Source: Chitinophagales bacterium (GTDB lineage Bacteria > Bacteroidota > Bacteroidia > Chitinophagales > Saprospiraceae). Taken from it: 64,000 nucleotides of DNA. The stretch lies in assembly GCA_038258275.1 (NCBI GenBank), contig JBBSPZ010000005.1, positions 9,407-73,406 on the forward strand. Reading direction: 5' to 3'. Below, piece after piece: positions 1 through 9,909 of the stretch (position 1 is its first letter; every line of letters starts with the position of its first letter). The notes beneath the pieces are model-generated. The model was not told the origin of the DNA, made no database searches, and saw only the letters and a program-made list of their open reading frames with translations. Both the position numbers and the translations under genes were made by a program.

Positions 1-843
1 GCCGAAGAAGCGGAGGTCTTTGCGCGGGCACAGGTGCAGTGGATCGCCCCCGAGCTGCGGGAAAGGGACTGGGCGCTGGACCTGGCGGAGAGCGATGTAC
101 TACCAGAACTCATCGAGAAAGGCGACATCCGGGGGGTTGTACACAGCCACTCCACCTACAGCGACGGCATCCACAGCCTCCGCGAGATGGCCGAGGCGGC
201 GCGCGACCGGGGATACGAATACCTGGTCATGAGCGACCACTCCCAGGCCGCCTTCTACGCCAACGGGCTCAAGGAAGACCGGGTCCGCGAGCAGTGGCGG
301 GAGATCGATGCGCTGAATGCGGAACTGGGCCCCTTCCGCATCCTGAAGGGCACCGAATGCGACATCCTCAGCGACGGCAGTCTCGACTACGCCGACGAAC
401 TACTAGCGGGCTACGACGTGGTGATCGCATCGGTGCACAGCAACCTGAACATGGAGCAGGAGCGGGCGACGGAGCGGCTACTGGGCGCGATTGCCAATCC
501 ATTCACCCACATCCTGGGTCACCCGACGGGTCGCCTGCTGCTGAGCCGCGAGGGCTACCCCATCGACCACCAGCGCATCATCGACGCCTGCGCGGAACAC
601 CACGTGGCCATCGAGCTGAACGCCAACCCCTACCGCCTCGACCTGGACTGGAGCTGGATCCCCTACGCCGTCGAGCGGGGGGTACTGATCAGCATCAATC
701 CGGACGCCCACAGCACCGGCGGCATCGACGATATCCGGTACGGCGTGCTGGCGGCCCGCAAGGGCGGACTCACAAAGGCCGCCTGCCTGAACACCCTGGA
801 TTGGAAACAATTCCTTAACAAACTTGGTCATACAGCCGTCTAA
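1..843 (+). CDS. polX: DNA polymerase X family protein, C-terminal PHP domain (5'-truncated by window edge)
   Basis: Frame 1 is open from base 1. Motifs GDIRGVVHSHSTYSDG, SDHS, HPTGRLL, ELNANPYRLDLD and NPDAH are typical of the PolX-PHP C-terminus. Confidence 0.85.
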   Translation, partial: AEEAEVFARAQVQWIAPELRERDWALDLAESDVLPELIEKGDIRGVVHSHSTYSDGIHSLREMAEAARDRGYEYLVMSDHSQAAFYANGLKEDRVREQWREIDALNAELGPFRILKGTECDILSDGSLDYADELLAGYDVVIASVHSNLNMEQERATERLLGAIANPFTHILGHPTGRLLLSREGYPIDHQRIIDACAEHHVAIELNANPYRLDLDWSWIPYAVERGVLISINPDAHSTGGIDDIRYGVLAARKGGLTKAACLNTLDWKQFLNKLGHTAV

Positions 844-879
844 ATTTCCACGTACGGTGCGCTGGGTCGTCGATAGTTA

Positions 880-887
880 TATATTTG
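880..887 (+). promoter_or_regulatory. Bacteroidota sigma-A -7 element (TATATTTG) upstream of the SusC gene
   Basis: Exact match to TAnnTTTG, about 190 nt upstream of the ATG at 1081. Confidence 0.6.
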
Positions 888-1080
888 CGGCCCAGTCGTT
901 GTTCGGACAATTGTCTTGCCGAATAACTTTTACAGGCAGCGAAAATAAGGGGGAAACAGTTCTATAAAAAACTAACGCCACCAAGATCACCTAGCTAAGC
1001 GGCTTCACGATACCCGAAGCTTACCGGGCTTTCTTGACACCCCCTTTACATCACCACATTCTTTTTTAACCATTCATGAT

Positions 1081-4080
1081 ATGAAGCTATTTCAACTATT
1101 TGCTTGGGTGCTGCTCTTTGGGAGTTTCGGCGCCCTGCAGGCCCAACAATCTATCACCGGTACGGTGGTGGACGACAGCGGGGTCCCACTAATTGGTGCA
1201 TCAATCCTCGCTGCGGGCACTACCACCGGCACCGTCACTGACATTGACGGCGAATTTACCCTTTCCCTGCCTGCGGGAGCTCAAGAGCTCATCGTGTCTT
1301 ACACGGGCTACACCACCGGCACCGTACCCGTTACCGGAGCTACCAACTACGCCATTACACTCTCGGAGAACGCGGCAACGCTGAACGAAATAGTCGTTAC
1401 CGGATACGGTACGCAAACGCGTCGTCGCCTGACCACATCCATTGCCTCCGTAAGTGCAGAAGACCTGAAGGGTGTACCCGTTACGGACTTTCAACAGGCG
1501 CTCCAGGGACGTCTGCCCGGTGTAACGATCAGCGCCAACTCCGGAGCATTAGGTGCCCAGACGAGTATCCGCGTGCGGGGCATCGGCTCGATCAACAGCG
1601 ACGTACAACCCCTCTACGTAGTGGATGGAGTCATCATTGAGAGTAGCGCAGAGGGAAATGCACTGGGTGGTCCCGGTACAAGTCCGTTATCCAACATCAA
1701 CCCCAACGACATTGAATCGATTGACGTCCTGAAGGACGCTGCCAGCGCCGCTATTTACGGTTCGCGGGGTTCTAATGGTGTAATCCTCATCACGACGAAA
1801 TCCGGCAATTTTAACACGGCCGCCCGGGTTAGCGTCAACCAGTACGTTGGCTTTTCGGAGCCCACCAAGCAGTACGACCTATTGAGCGGTCCGGAGTACG
1901 CCCGTTACTGGAACCAGGCCCGCCTGGCCGGTGGAGATACCCTCGGAAGCCCCCAGCTGTACGCAAACCCGGACGCCGAGCCCGATGCCAACTGGCTCGA
2001 TTTGGTAACTCGTACCGGATCGGTTGCAGAGACGAACGCCAGCGTAAGCGGCGGTACCGCTGACCTGAGTTACTTCATGGGTGCCGGCTATCGTGACGAA
2101 AAAGGCTGGACAGAAGGTACTGGCTTGAAGCGCTATACTTTCCGCCTCAACCTCGAGCAGAAATTTGGAGACAAGTGGACCGTGGGCCTCAACCTCAACC
2201 CTTCCCGGACCGTCAACAAGCGCCAGAATGAGGACAACAACGTGGCCTCACCCCAGACGTTTGCCGCACTGTTTTACCCCAATATTGACCCCTACGATGA
2301 AAATGGTGAGGTAAGAGGTGGCATTCTGCGCACCAGCACCGGACGCACCCAGTTCGCCGGTAGCCCGCTGATCAACTGGATGGACCAGGAGATCAGCCTG
2401 ACCACCAACCAGGTACTGGCGAATATTAATGCCTCCTTTAAGCCCATTCAGAACCTAACCCTGGCCACCCGATTTGGCACGCAGTTCCTCTCCCTGGAAG
2501 ACTTCCAGCGGGCCGGCGTGTTGACTACGGACGGCTTTGGTTCCGGAGGAACGGGTAGCGCGCAGCAGCAGGAAATCCTGAACTACACCTGGAACTCGAC
2601 GGCGCTCTATAACTTCTCGGTGAACACCTCCGAATTTGAGGTACTGGCTGGTTTCGAACTTCAGCGGCAGTCCCAAAACGGTTTCTTTGTTGGTGGTAAT
2701 ACTTTCGCCGATGATCGCCTGGCGACGCTGAATTCAGCCGCTGAAATCACCGACGGTGGTGGATCGCGCACCGAAGCCAACTTCGTGGGCTACTTCACCC
2801 GCATCGGCTACAGCCTGAACAACCGCTTATTCGTGAACGCCGTGGCGCGTTTGGACGGATCTTCCCGCTTTGGTTCCGACAACTACTACGGATTTTTCCC
2901 CGCGCTGTCGGCTGCTTACGACTTCTCTGAATTCTTCGATACCCCGAGTATCAGTCAACTTAAGCTGCGCTCCAGCTACGGAAAGACGGGTAACGCCGGC
3001 ATCGGCAACTTTGCCAGCCGCGGCCTGGTCGCCTTCGGAAACGACTACAACGCGGTTCCCGGATTCCTGCTCAACCAGCTGTCCAATACAGAATTAACCT
3101 GGGAAACCGCCACTACCTTCGACATTGCCGTGGATTTCGGACTCTTCAATGACAAAATTAGTGGTACCCTGGGTTACTACAATAAAGTGAGCTCCGACTT
3201 GCTCTTCGACGTTCCCCAGCCCCTGACGGCTGGTATCAGCAGTGAAGTACTGACCGTAAATGCTGGCCAGATCGTAAATAAGGGCGTAGAATTCAGCCTG
3301 CGGTACAACGTCATTACCCGACCCGATTTTGCGCTTTCCTTCAACCTGAACGGCGCTACGGTAGACAATGAGGTTACCGAACTGATCGATAACAACGGAG
3401 ACGGCGAACCCGACGATATCAACCTGGGCAACCAGCTGATTCGCGAAGGTGAAACTGCTGGTTCCTGGTACCTTACGGAGTATGCTGGTGTCGACCCGGA
3501 AAACGGTAATGCACTGTTCGTAGATGCCGAGGGAGACGTCAGCAGCACTTACACCCAGGGCGATGCCCGCCAGATTTTCGGCAACCCACTCCCCGATTTC
3601 TCTGGTGGCTTCGGCAGCAACCTTTACTACAAAGGCCTCGACTTCAGCTTCTTCTTCCAGGCTGCCCTCGGTCACGAGCTTTACCTGAGCGAAGGACGGT
3701 TTTACGCTACCAACATGTCTTCAGTTTACAACCAGTCACGTGACCAGTTGAACAGCTGGCGCCCCGACAACCGGATTACCGACATCCCCGAAGCACGGCA
3801 AAGGGGTAACGGTAACCAGCACTCCACTCGCTACCTTTCCGATGCCGATTTCCTGCGTCTGCGCAACGTCCAGCTGGGATACACCTTCAACCAGTTGAAC
3901 GCCAGCGGTGCTTCATTGCGCCTTTACGTCAGCGGACAGAACCTGCTTACGTTTACGGACTTCGCCGGCCTCGACCCCGAAGCCAGTGGACAGGACGTCA
4001 ACGACTTAGCCAGTGGGTCGCTGTTCTTCAGTCGTCCGCAAAGTCGTCTGTTCACCTTCGGCATTAACCTCAACCTCTAG
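1081..4080 (+). CDS. SusC/RagA family TonB-dependent outer membrane transporter
   Basis: 999 aa with signal peptide and CarboxypepD-like N-domain (ITGTVVDDSG..LIGASI..GTTTGTVTDIDGEFTL). Plug motifs PLYVVDG and INPNDIESIDVLKDAASAAIYGSRGSNGVILITTK. C-terminal strand FTFGINLNL. Confidence 0.95.
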   Translation: MKLFQLFAWVLLFGSFGALQAQQSITGTVVDDSGVPLIGASILAAGTTTGTVTDIDGEFTLSLPAGAQELIVSYTGYTTGTVPVTGATNYAITLSENAATLNEIVVTGYGTQTRRRLTTSIASVSAEDLKGVPVTDFQQALQGRLPGVTISANSGALGAQTSIRVRGIGSINSDVQPLYVVDGVIIESSAEGNALGGPGTSPLSNINPNDIESIDVLKDAASAAIYGSRGSNGVILITTKSGNFNTAARVSVNQYVGFSEPTKQYDLLSGPEYARYWNQARLAGGDTLGSPQLYANPDAEPDANWLDLVTRTGSVAETNASVSGGTADLSYFMGAGYRDEKGWTEGTGLKRYTFRLNLEQKFGDKWTVGLNLNPSRTVNKRQNEDNNVASPQTFAALFYPNIDPYDENGEVRGGILRTSTGRTQFAGSPLINWMDQEISLTTNQVLANINASFKPIQNLTLATRFGTQFLSLEDFQRAGVLTTDGFGSGGTGSAQQQEILNYTWNSTALYNFSVNTSEFEVLAGFELQRQSQNGFFVGGNTFADDRLATLNSAAEITDGGGSRTEANFVGYFTRIGYSLNNRLFVNAVARLDGSSRFGSDNYYGFFPALSAAYDFSEFFDTPSISQLKLRSSYGKTGNAGIGNFASRGLVAFGNDYNAVPGFLLNQLSNTELTWETATTFDIAVDFGLFNDKISGTLGYYNKVSSDLLFDVPQPLTAGISSEVLTVNAGQIVNKGVEFSLRYNVITRPDFALSFNLNGATVDNEVTELIDNNGDGEPDDINLGNQLIREGETAGSWYLTEYAGVDPENGNALFVDAEGDVSSTYTQGDARQIFGNPLPDFSGGFGSNLYYKGLDFSFFFQAALGHELYLSEGRFYATNMSSVYNQSRDQLNSWRPDNRITDIPEARQRGNGNQHSTRYLSDADFLRLRNVQLGYTFNQLNASGASLRLYVSGQNLLTFTDFAGLDPEASGQDVNDLASGSLFFSRPQSRLFTFGINLNL

Positions 4081-4099
4081 CTAAAAATTTATTTGCCTA

Positions 4100-5572
4100 A
4101 TGCAAACTTCAAAAATAGTAGTACTTGCCGGCCTGATGGTCGGCTTTGCCTCCGGCTGTACTGACTTTATAGAGCAGCCTATACCTGCTCAGTCCCTCCC
4201 TTCAGATGCGGCCTTTTCGGACGTAGCCGGCCTCCAAACTGCCTTGGTTGGTGCCTATGACGCCCTTCAAGATGCAGACTTCGGCGGTGCTGGCTTAGCC
4301 ATGAATTCCAGCATCCTCTCCGACAATGCCGAGTGGCGGGGATCCTTTCCCAGCTACCAGGAAATGTTCGAGCGGCAGCTAACTCCCTCCAACCCCGAAG
4401 TAAGGGGTTTATGGACACAAGCCTACCTGGCCATTAATCAGGCCAACCTTGTCATCCGGGGTGTGGAAAATATCGAGGACCCCAACCTGACCGATGAAGT
4501 AGCTGCGCAGCTCAAGGGTGAAGCCCTGTTTATTCGTGGGTTATCCCATTTCGAGCTCGTGCGGGCTTTCGCCAAGCCCTACGGAGCTTCCAGTGGTGCG
4601 GATCCCGGGGTGCCCATCCTGTTAGCGCCTACTTCTACCAGCGGAGAGATTACATTTCCTCCACGGAATACCGTAGAGGAAGTCTACACGGCCGTCGTCG
4701 GTGACCTGACAGAAGCCGCAAATCTGCTAGGGCCTGCTTACGATTATGGTTTCGCCAGCGGCACCGCCGCAACGGCACTTCTCGCCGAGGTGGTCTTTCA
4801 GCAGCGTAACTACGACCGTGCTGCCGAACTGGCCGGAGAGGTAATCAATGCCCCTGGTTATTCTCTGACCGCAGAACCGCAGAACCCCTTCTTTTCGGAG
4901 GGCTCCAGCGAGGAAATATTTGCAATAGTGAGCACCGTTCAGGACAACCCGGGAGTTAACGGCTCCCTGGCTACCTTCCACAATATCAACGGCCGGGGTG
5001 GTGATATCATCGTTAATGAGGACCTCGAGAATAACGGCTACCTGGCAATCATCACCGCAGAGGAATACGCAGCTGCCGCCGGTGACTCACTGCTAGACTT
5101 GCGGGTTACCTTGTTGACGGCCCCCAACGATGCAGGTTTTCTCAACGTCGAGAAGTACGAGGATTTCGCCAATAACGCGGATGACCTTATCCTTCTCCGC
5201 CTGGCTACCTTTTACCTCATGCGCGCTGAGGCACTCGCGCGGACCGAAGGGGTAAACGAAGAAAGTGTGGAACTGCTCAATACCATCCGGAATCGGTCGC
5301 TGCGCCAAGTGGCCGACGACGGTAGTCTGGTAATGAATACAGAACTCTTCAGCTACTCAGTAGATGATTTCGACAGCGCCGAGGCCCTTATCGAAGCTAT
5401 CATTCTTGAGCGCAGGGTCGAGCTCGCCTTTGAGCCGAACCGCCTAAATGACCTCAAGCGACTGATGCGCGATGTCCGTGGTCTTCCTTACGACGCGAAT
5501 AGCCTGATCTTTCCCATCCCCCAGCGGGACCTGGATGCTAACGACCAGCTGATGCAGAACCCCGGATACTAG
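4100..5572 (+). CDS. RagB/SusD family outer membrane lipoprotein
   Basis: Lipobox FASG-C. Motifs GEALFIRGLSHFELVRAF, ILLRLATFYLMRAEA, ERRVELAFE and C-terminal FPIPQ..NP.Y. Lies directly after the SusC gene. Confidence 0.93.
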   Translation: MQTSKIVVLAGLMVGFASGCTDFIEQPIPAQSLPSDAAFSDVAGLQTALVGAYDALQDADFGGAGLAMNSSILSDNAEWRGSFPSYQEMFERQLTPSNPEVRGLWTQAYLAINQANLVIRGVENIEDPNLTDEVAAQLKGEALFIRGLSHFELVRAFAKPYGASSGADPGVPILLAPTSTSGEITFPPRNTVEEVYTAVVGDLTEAANLLGPAYDYGFASGTAATALLAEVVFQQRNYDRAAELAGEVINAPGYSLTAEPQNPFFSEGSSEEIFAIVSTVQDNPGVNGSLATFHNINGRGGDIIVNEDLENNGYLAIITAEEYAAAAGDSLLDLRVTLLTAPNDAGFLNVEKYEDFANNADDLILLRLATFYLMRAEALARTEGVNEESVELLNTIRNRSLRQVADDGSLVMNTELFSYSVDDFDSAEALIEAIILERRVELAFEPNRLNDLKRLMRDVRGLPYDANSLIFPIPQRDLDANDQLMQNPGY

Positions 5573-5596
5573 TTTTTGCTCATCCTGACGCAGTAC

Positions 5597-5635
5597 AACG
5601 CCCCGCTTCCACTTGGAAACGGGGCGTTTATATTT
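5597..5635 (+). terminator. Intrinsic terminator after the SusD gene
   Basis: Stem AACGCCCCG..CGGGGCGTT with inner TTCC/GGAA pairing, followed by TATATTT. Confidence 0.7.
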
Positions 5636-5751
5636 CATCCTCCCAGTTATTATCCCCTACTCCCTTCAGTCATTTTGCCCTGGGTTTCCACCGCACCAGC
5701 GCCCCCGCCCCAATTTTCGTTGTAGGTTTGCGTAGCCTAATGCCCTGCCCC

Positions 5752-6288
5752 ATGATCACCGTCATCTCCGGAACCAACCGGCCGGAAAGCCGCACCTTGC
5801 TATTTGCCACTCACTTCGCTACCCAGTTGCGTGACCTGGGTCAGGAGGTGGGCATCCTCGATATGGCCGAACTGCACCACGGCTACTTTGCCGGGGAGAT
5901 GTACGATCCCCTGGGCAGCGACCCCCAGCTGGTGGAGTGGCAGCAACGCTACATCGCCGCCGCGGACAAGCTGGCCGTCTTCGTGCCCGAGTACAACGGC
6001 AGCTACCCGGGTGTACTCAAGCTGTTTCTGGACGGGATCTCCGTCATCGACTACACCGGCAACTTCAAAGAAAAGCACGTGGCACTCGTCGGGGTGGCCA
6101 CCGGGCGGGCCGGTAATTTGCGGGGAATGGATCACCTGGCCGACGTTTTCGCGCATATGGGGGCCTGGGTGTTGCCAAACCGCCTCCCACTGTCGAATAT
6201 AGAGGCCCTCCTGACCGGAGCCGCGGTCACCGATGCAGAAACAATTAAGGCGCTTAAAAAGCACGCCGAACAACTTATTGCCGCCTAG
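5752..6288 (+). CDS. NADPH-dependent FMN reductase family protein
   Basis: Motifs VISGTNRPES, VPEYNGSYPGVLKLFLD and GVATGRAGNLRG. ATG 5752 preferred over TTG 5728. Confidence 0.85.
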   Translation: MITVISGTNRPESRTLLFATHFATQLRDLGQEVGILDMAELHHGYFAGEMYDPLGSDPQLVEWQQRYIAAADKLAVFVPEYNGSYPGVLKLFLDGISVIDYTGNFKEKHVALVGVATGRAGNLRGMDHLADVFAHMGAWVLPNRLPLSNIEALLTGAAVTDAETIKALKKHAEQLIAA

Positions 6289-6320
6289 AATCGTAACCTA
6301 CACCAGGAAGCCCAACATTT

Positions 6321-8921
6321 ATGTCAAAGAACTTACTGATCGTCGAGTCCCCCGCGAAAGCGAAGACCATAGAAAAGATTTTAGGAAAGGATTATACCGT
6401 CAAATCGTCCTTCGGCCACATCCGTGACCTAGACAAGGGGGACGGAGCCGTCGATGTTGAGCGAAATTTTGCCACCAAGTACGTCGTCTCTCCGGAGAAG
6501 CGGAAGGTGGTCAAGGAGCTGAAGGCCGCCATGGAAAAGGCCGACACCGTCTGGCTCGCGACGGACGAAGACCGCGAGGGAGAAGCCATCAGCTGGCACC
6601 TGTGCGAAGTCCTGAAGCTGCCCGTCGATACGACCAAGCGCATCGTTTTCCGGGAGATCACTCCACCCGCCATCCGGGCGGCCATCAATAACCCCCGTAC
6701 CGTAGACGTGAACCTGGTCAATGCCCAGCAGGCACGCCGGGTGCTGGACCGCCTTGTGGGCTACGAGTTGTCGGGGGTCCTCTGGAAAAAAGTAAAATTC
6801 GGACTGAGCGCCGGGCGGGTACAGTCCGTCACCGTGAAGCTCGTCGTGGAGCGGGAACGGGAGATCATGAATTTCGAGACCAAGCCCTTCTTCCGGGTCA
6901 ACGCCATCTTTACCGTGCGCAACGAGCAGGGCAAGGAGGTGGACCTGAAGGCCGAGAGCACCGACCGCTTCAACGATCGCGCCTCCGCTGAGTCCTTCCT
7001 GAAGCGGTGCATTGGCGCCGAATTCAGCATCAGCGACATCGACGTTAAACCCACCAAGCGGAAGCCGGCGCCCCCCTTCACGACTTCCACCCTCCAGCAG
7101 GAGGCCAGCCGTAAGCTCTACATGAACGTGGAGCGCACGATGCGGGTAGCCCAGCGGCTGTACGAAGCGGGCTTGATCACCTACATGCGTACCGACAGCA
7201 TCAGCCTATCGGAAACCGCCCTCCAGGCCATCGAGGCGGAAGTGACCAAGGAATACGGTCAGCAGTACAGCAAGGTGCGGCGCTTCAAGAGCAAGAAGAA
7301 GGATGCCCAGGAGGCCCACGAGGCCATCCGTCCCAGCTACGTCGACCGCCACACCATCAAACAGGGCGACCGCGACGAGCAGCGCCTGTACGAACTGATC
7401 TGGAAGCGCACCGTCGCCAGCCAGATGGCCGATGCCGAACTGGAGAAGACGACCGTCAACATCGCCATCGATAAGGCCCCAGATGCCCGCCTGCGGGCCC
7501 AGGGTGAGGTATTGAAGTTTGACGGCTTCCTGAAGCTCTACATTGAGAGCGACGACGACGATGAGGAGGATGAAACCACCGAAGGCATCCTGCCCCCGCT
7601 GACCCAGGGGCACCGCCTGCCCCTGAGCGAAATGACCGCGATCCAGCGCTTCACGCGCCCTCCGGTCCGGTATACGGAAGCTTCCCTGGTCAAACAACTG
7701 GAGGAGCTCGGCATCGGCCGTCCGTCCACCTATGCGCCGACCGTGTCCAAGATCATGGATCCCAAGCGTGGCTACGTCACCCGGGAGAACCGGGACGGCG
7801 ACGCGCGCAGCTATACCCTACTGACCCTGAAGGACGGTACCATCGCGAGCGAGGAAAAAACGGAGATCACCGGTACGGTAAAGAACCGCCTGTTTGCCAG
7901 CGACATCGGCATGGCGGTCAGTGACTTCCTCGACGAGCACTTCGAGGAAGTGATGACCTACCAGTTCACCGCCGACATTGAAGACAAATTCGACGAGGTA
8001 GCCGAAGGTAGGGTGACCTGGACCCAGATGCTCAAGGACTTCTATCACCCCTTCCACGAAACCGTGGAGGAAACTACCGAGAGTGCCGAGCGGGTCACCG
8101 GCGAGCGGATCATCGGCACCGACCCCGCGACCGGCAAGACGGTACTGGTGCGCCTGAGCCGCAACGGCCCCGTGATCCAGCTCGGTGCTCCTGACGAGCT
8201 GGTCCCCGACGAAAAGCCCCGCTACGCCAACCTTCCCGCGGGCGTAAGCATGGAAGAGGTCGACATGGAGACCGCCCTGCCCCTCTTCGACCTACCGAAG
8301 GTACTGGGCGAGATCGACGGACAGGAAACTGCTGTCGGCATCGGACGCTTCGGCCCCTACATCCGCTGGGGGGAAACGTTCGTCAGCCTGCCGAAGGGAG
8401 CAGACCCGCACTCCACCACCCTGGACGACGCCAAGGTGCTCGTCGCTGAGAAAAAGAAAGCCGACGAGCCCGTCATGACCTACAAGGCGCTGCCCGTCAC
8501 CCAGGGGGCCGGCCGCTTCGGTCCCTTCCTGAAGTGGAACGACATGTTCGTCAATATTCCGAAGCGCTACAATCCGGATAAGCTTACCAAGGACGAAATG
8601 ATCGAACTGATCCAGGCCAAGGAAGAGAAAGAGGCGAGCCGCTACATCCAGCGCTTCGAGGCCGATAAGATCGACATCGAGCAGGGCCGCTGGGGACCCT
8701 TCATCCGCTTCAAGAAAAAATCCCTGAAGCTGCCCACCACCACCGGCAAGAAAATGACCCGGGAGGAAGCGGCCGAACTGCCCCTGGAGGAGGTCAGGAA
8801 GATCATCGAGGAACAAGTTCCCGGTGCCTTCAAGGCTAAGGCCACCAAGAAAAAGGCAGCTCCTAAAAAAGCCGCCGCTAAAAAAGCGCCCGCCAAAAAG
8901 GCTGCGGCAAAAAAGAAGTAA
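6321..8921 (+). CDS. topA: Type I DNA topoisomerase
   Basis: Motifs LLIVESPAKAK, ATDEDREGE, SAGRVQS, LITYMRTDS (catalytic Tyr) and GIGRPSTYA. C-terminal GRFGPY-type repeats and a Lys/Ala-rich tail. Confidence 0.97.
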   Translation: MSKNLLIVESPAKAKTIEKILGKDYTVKSSFGHIRDLDKGDGAVDVERNFATKYVVSPEKRKVVKELKAAMEKADTVWLATDEDREGEAISWHLCEVLKLPVDTTKRIVFREITPPAIRAAINNPRTVDVNLVNAQQARRVLDRLVGYELSGVLWKKVKFGLSAGRVQSVTVKLVVEREREIMNFETKPFFRVNAIFTVRNEQGKEVDLKAESTDRFNDRASAESFLKRCIGAEFSISDIDVKPTKRKPAPPFTTSTLQQEASRKLYMNVERTMRVAQRLYEAGLITYMRTDSISLSETALQAIEAEVTKEYGQQYSKVRRFKSKKKDAQEAHEAIRPSYVDRHTIKQGDRDEQRLYELIWKRTVASQMADAELEKTTVNIAIDKAPDARLRAQGEVLKFDGFLKLYIESDDDDEEDETTEGILPPLTQGHRLPLSEMTAIQRFTRPPVRYTEASLVKQLEELGIGRPSTYAPTVSKIMDPKRGYVTRENRDGDARSYTLLTLKDGTIASEEKTEITGTVKNRLFASDIGMAVSDFLDEHFEEVMTYQFTADIEDKFDEVAEGRVTWTQMLKDFYHPFHETVEETTESAERVTGERIIGTDPATGKTVLVRLSRNGPVIQLGAPDELVPDEKPRYANLPAGVSMEEVDMETALPLFDLPKVLGEIDGQETAVGIGRFGPYIRWGETFVSLPKGADPHSTTLDDAKVLVAEKKKADEPVMTYKALPVTQGAGRFGPFLKWNDMFVNIPKRYNPDKLTKDEMIELIQAKEEKEASRYIQRFEADKIDIEQGRWGPFIRFKKKSLKLPTTTGKKMTREEAAELPLEEVRKIIEEQVPGAFKAKATKKKAAPKKAAAKKAPAKKAAAKKK

Positions 8922-8922
8922 C

Positions 8923-9252
8923 ATGGCAGAGGACAATAAAAAGCAAGCCCAGAACCAACTGAGCATCGACCTGCCGGAGGACATTGCCGAGGGCGTGTAT
9001 TCCAACCTGGCGATCATCACCCATTCCAGCTCGGAGTTCGTGGTCGATTTCGTGCGCATCGTACCGAATGCCCCCAAGGCCAAGGTGAAGAGCCGGGTGA
9101 TCCTCACTCCCGAGCACGCCAAGCGGCTGCTGGCGGCCCTGGCGGACAACGTACAGAAGTACGAACGGCAGTTCGGCGTGATCAACCACAGTACGGGCGG
9201 CAACGGCCCCCAGTTTCCTCCTACGAGCTTTACCCCCACCGCACAAGCTTAG
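8923..9252 (+). CDS. DUF3467 family protein
   Basis: Sequence LSIDLPEDIAEGVYSNLAIITHSSSEFVVDF..PKAKVKSRVILTPEHAKRLL. ATG lies 1 nt after the topA stop. Confidence 0.85.
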   Translation: MAEDNKKQAQNQLSIDLPEDIAEGVYSNLAIITHSSSEFVVDFVRIVPNAPKAKVKSRVILTPEHAKRLLAALADNVQKYERQFGVINHSTGGNGPQFPPTSFTPTAQA

Positions 9253-9303
9253 GGATAGCGGGAAAAAATTTCCCCCAAACTTTTGCAGGTTGGACGGGGG
9301 GTG

Positions 9304-9311
9304 TATATTTG
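9304..9311 (+). promoter_or_regulatory. -7 promoter element of the tRNA-Val/tRNA-Pro operon
   Basis: TATATTTG 19 nt before the tRNA, with TTTG at 9282-9285 as a candidate -33 element. Confidence 0.7.
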
Positions 9312-9330
9312 CAGCCGCTTACGAATTCCG

Positions 9331-9405
9331 GGTCGATTAGCTCAGTTGGTTTAGAGCGTTGCATTGACATTGCAGAGGTCACTGGTTCGAATCCAGTATC
9401 GACCA
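9331..9405 (+). tRNA. tRNA-Val(GAC)
   Basis: Acceptor stem GGTCGAT/ATCGACC, D-loop AGTTGGTTTAGA, anticodon arm TTGCA-TTGACAT-TGCAG, T-loop GGTTCGAATCC. CCA not encoded. Confidence 0.97.
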
Positions 9406-9420
9406 CCTGAAAGAAGAGTT

Positions 9421-9494
9421 CGGGATGTGGCGCAGCCCGGTAGCGCACACGCCTGGGGGGCGTGGGGCCGCTGGTTCGAATCCAGTCATCCCGA
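9421..9494 (+). tRNA. tRNA-Pro(GGG)
   Basis: Acceptor stem CGGGATG/CATCCCG, anticodon arm CACGC-CTGGGGG-GCGTG, T-loop GGTTCGAATCC. Confidence 0.96.
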
Positions 9495-9505
9495 CACCGC
9501 GACAG

Positions 9506-9538
9506 AAGGTCAGCTTGCATCCGCAAGTTGGCCTTTTG
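9506..9538 (+). terminator. Intrinsic terminator after the tRNA pair
   Basis: AAGGTCAGCTTGC-ATCC-GCAAGTTGGCCTT followed by T residues. Confidence 0.7.
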
Positions 9539-9909
9539 TCTTTACGGGCCCTCCCCTACCCGCTTCCCTTCCGCTTTGAACCTCCAGCTGCCGGGCGTCT
9601 GGATGAACGGAAGGACTATCGATCCGGTTTCACTTCGCATCTATACCACTGATAATCAGCGGATTGAATAATATTTAATACGTTGACGGACCACCCGCGC
9701 GGGAACAAGTCCCCAAATTTTGTCCTTTTTTATGCCGTATCAGGTCCTTTATCTTTGTCCTATCGATAACACAGCCTGTAATTCCTACGCCTGCCATTCC
9801 CAGCCAACAGACCTATGAACCCACTTTTGTCACCGTCAACTACCGGACCCATGATCGAAGACGAACTGTGCTAAATTTCCTACAAACTGTGTCGTAACTT
9901 CGGCGCGAT

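Noticed and set aside
888-1080. TPP-like riboswitch in the SusC leader (GATACCCG, small hairpins)
   Set aside because: It lacks the CTGAGA and ACCTGA core elements. The hairpins are short and no terminator or anti-terminator pair is evident.
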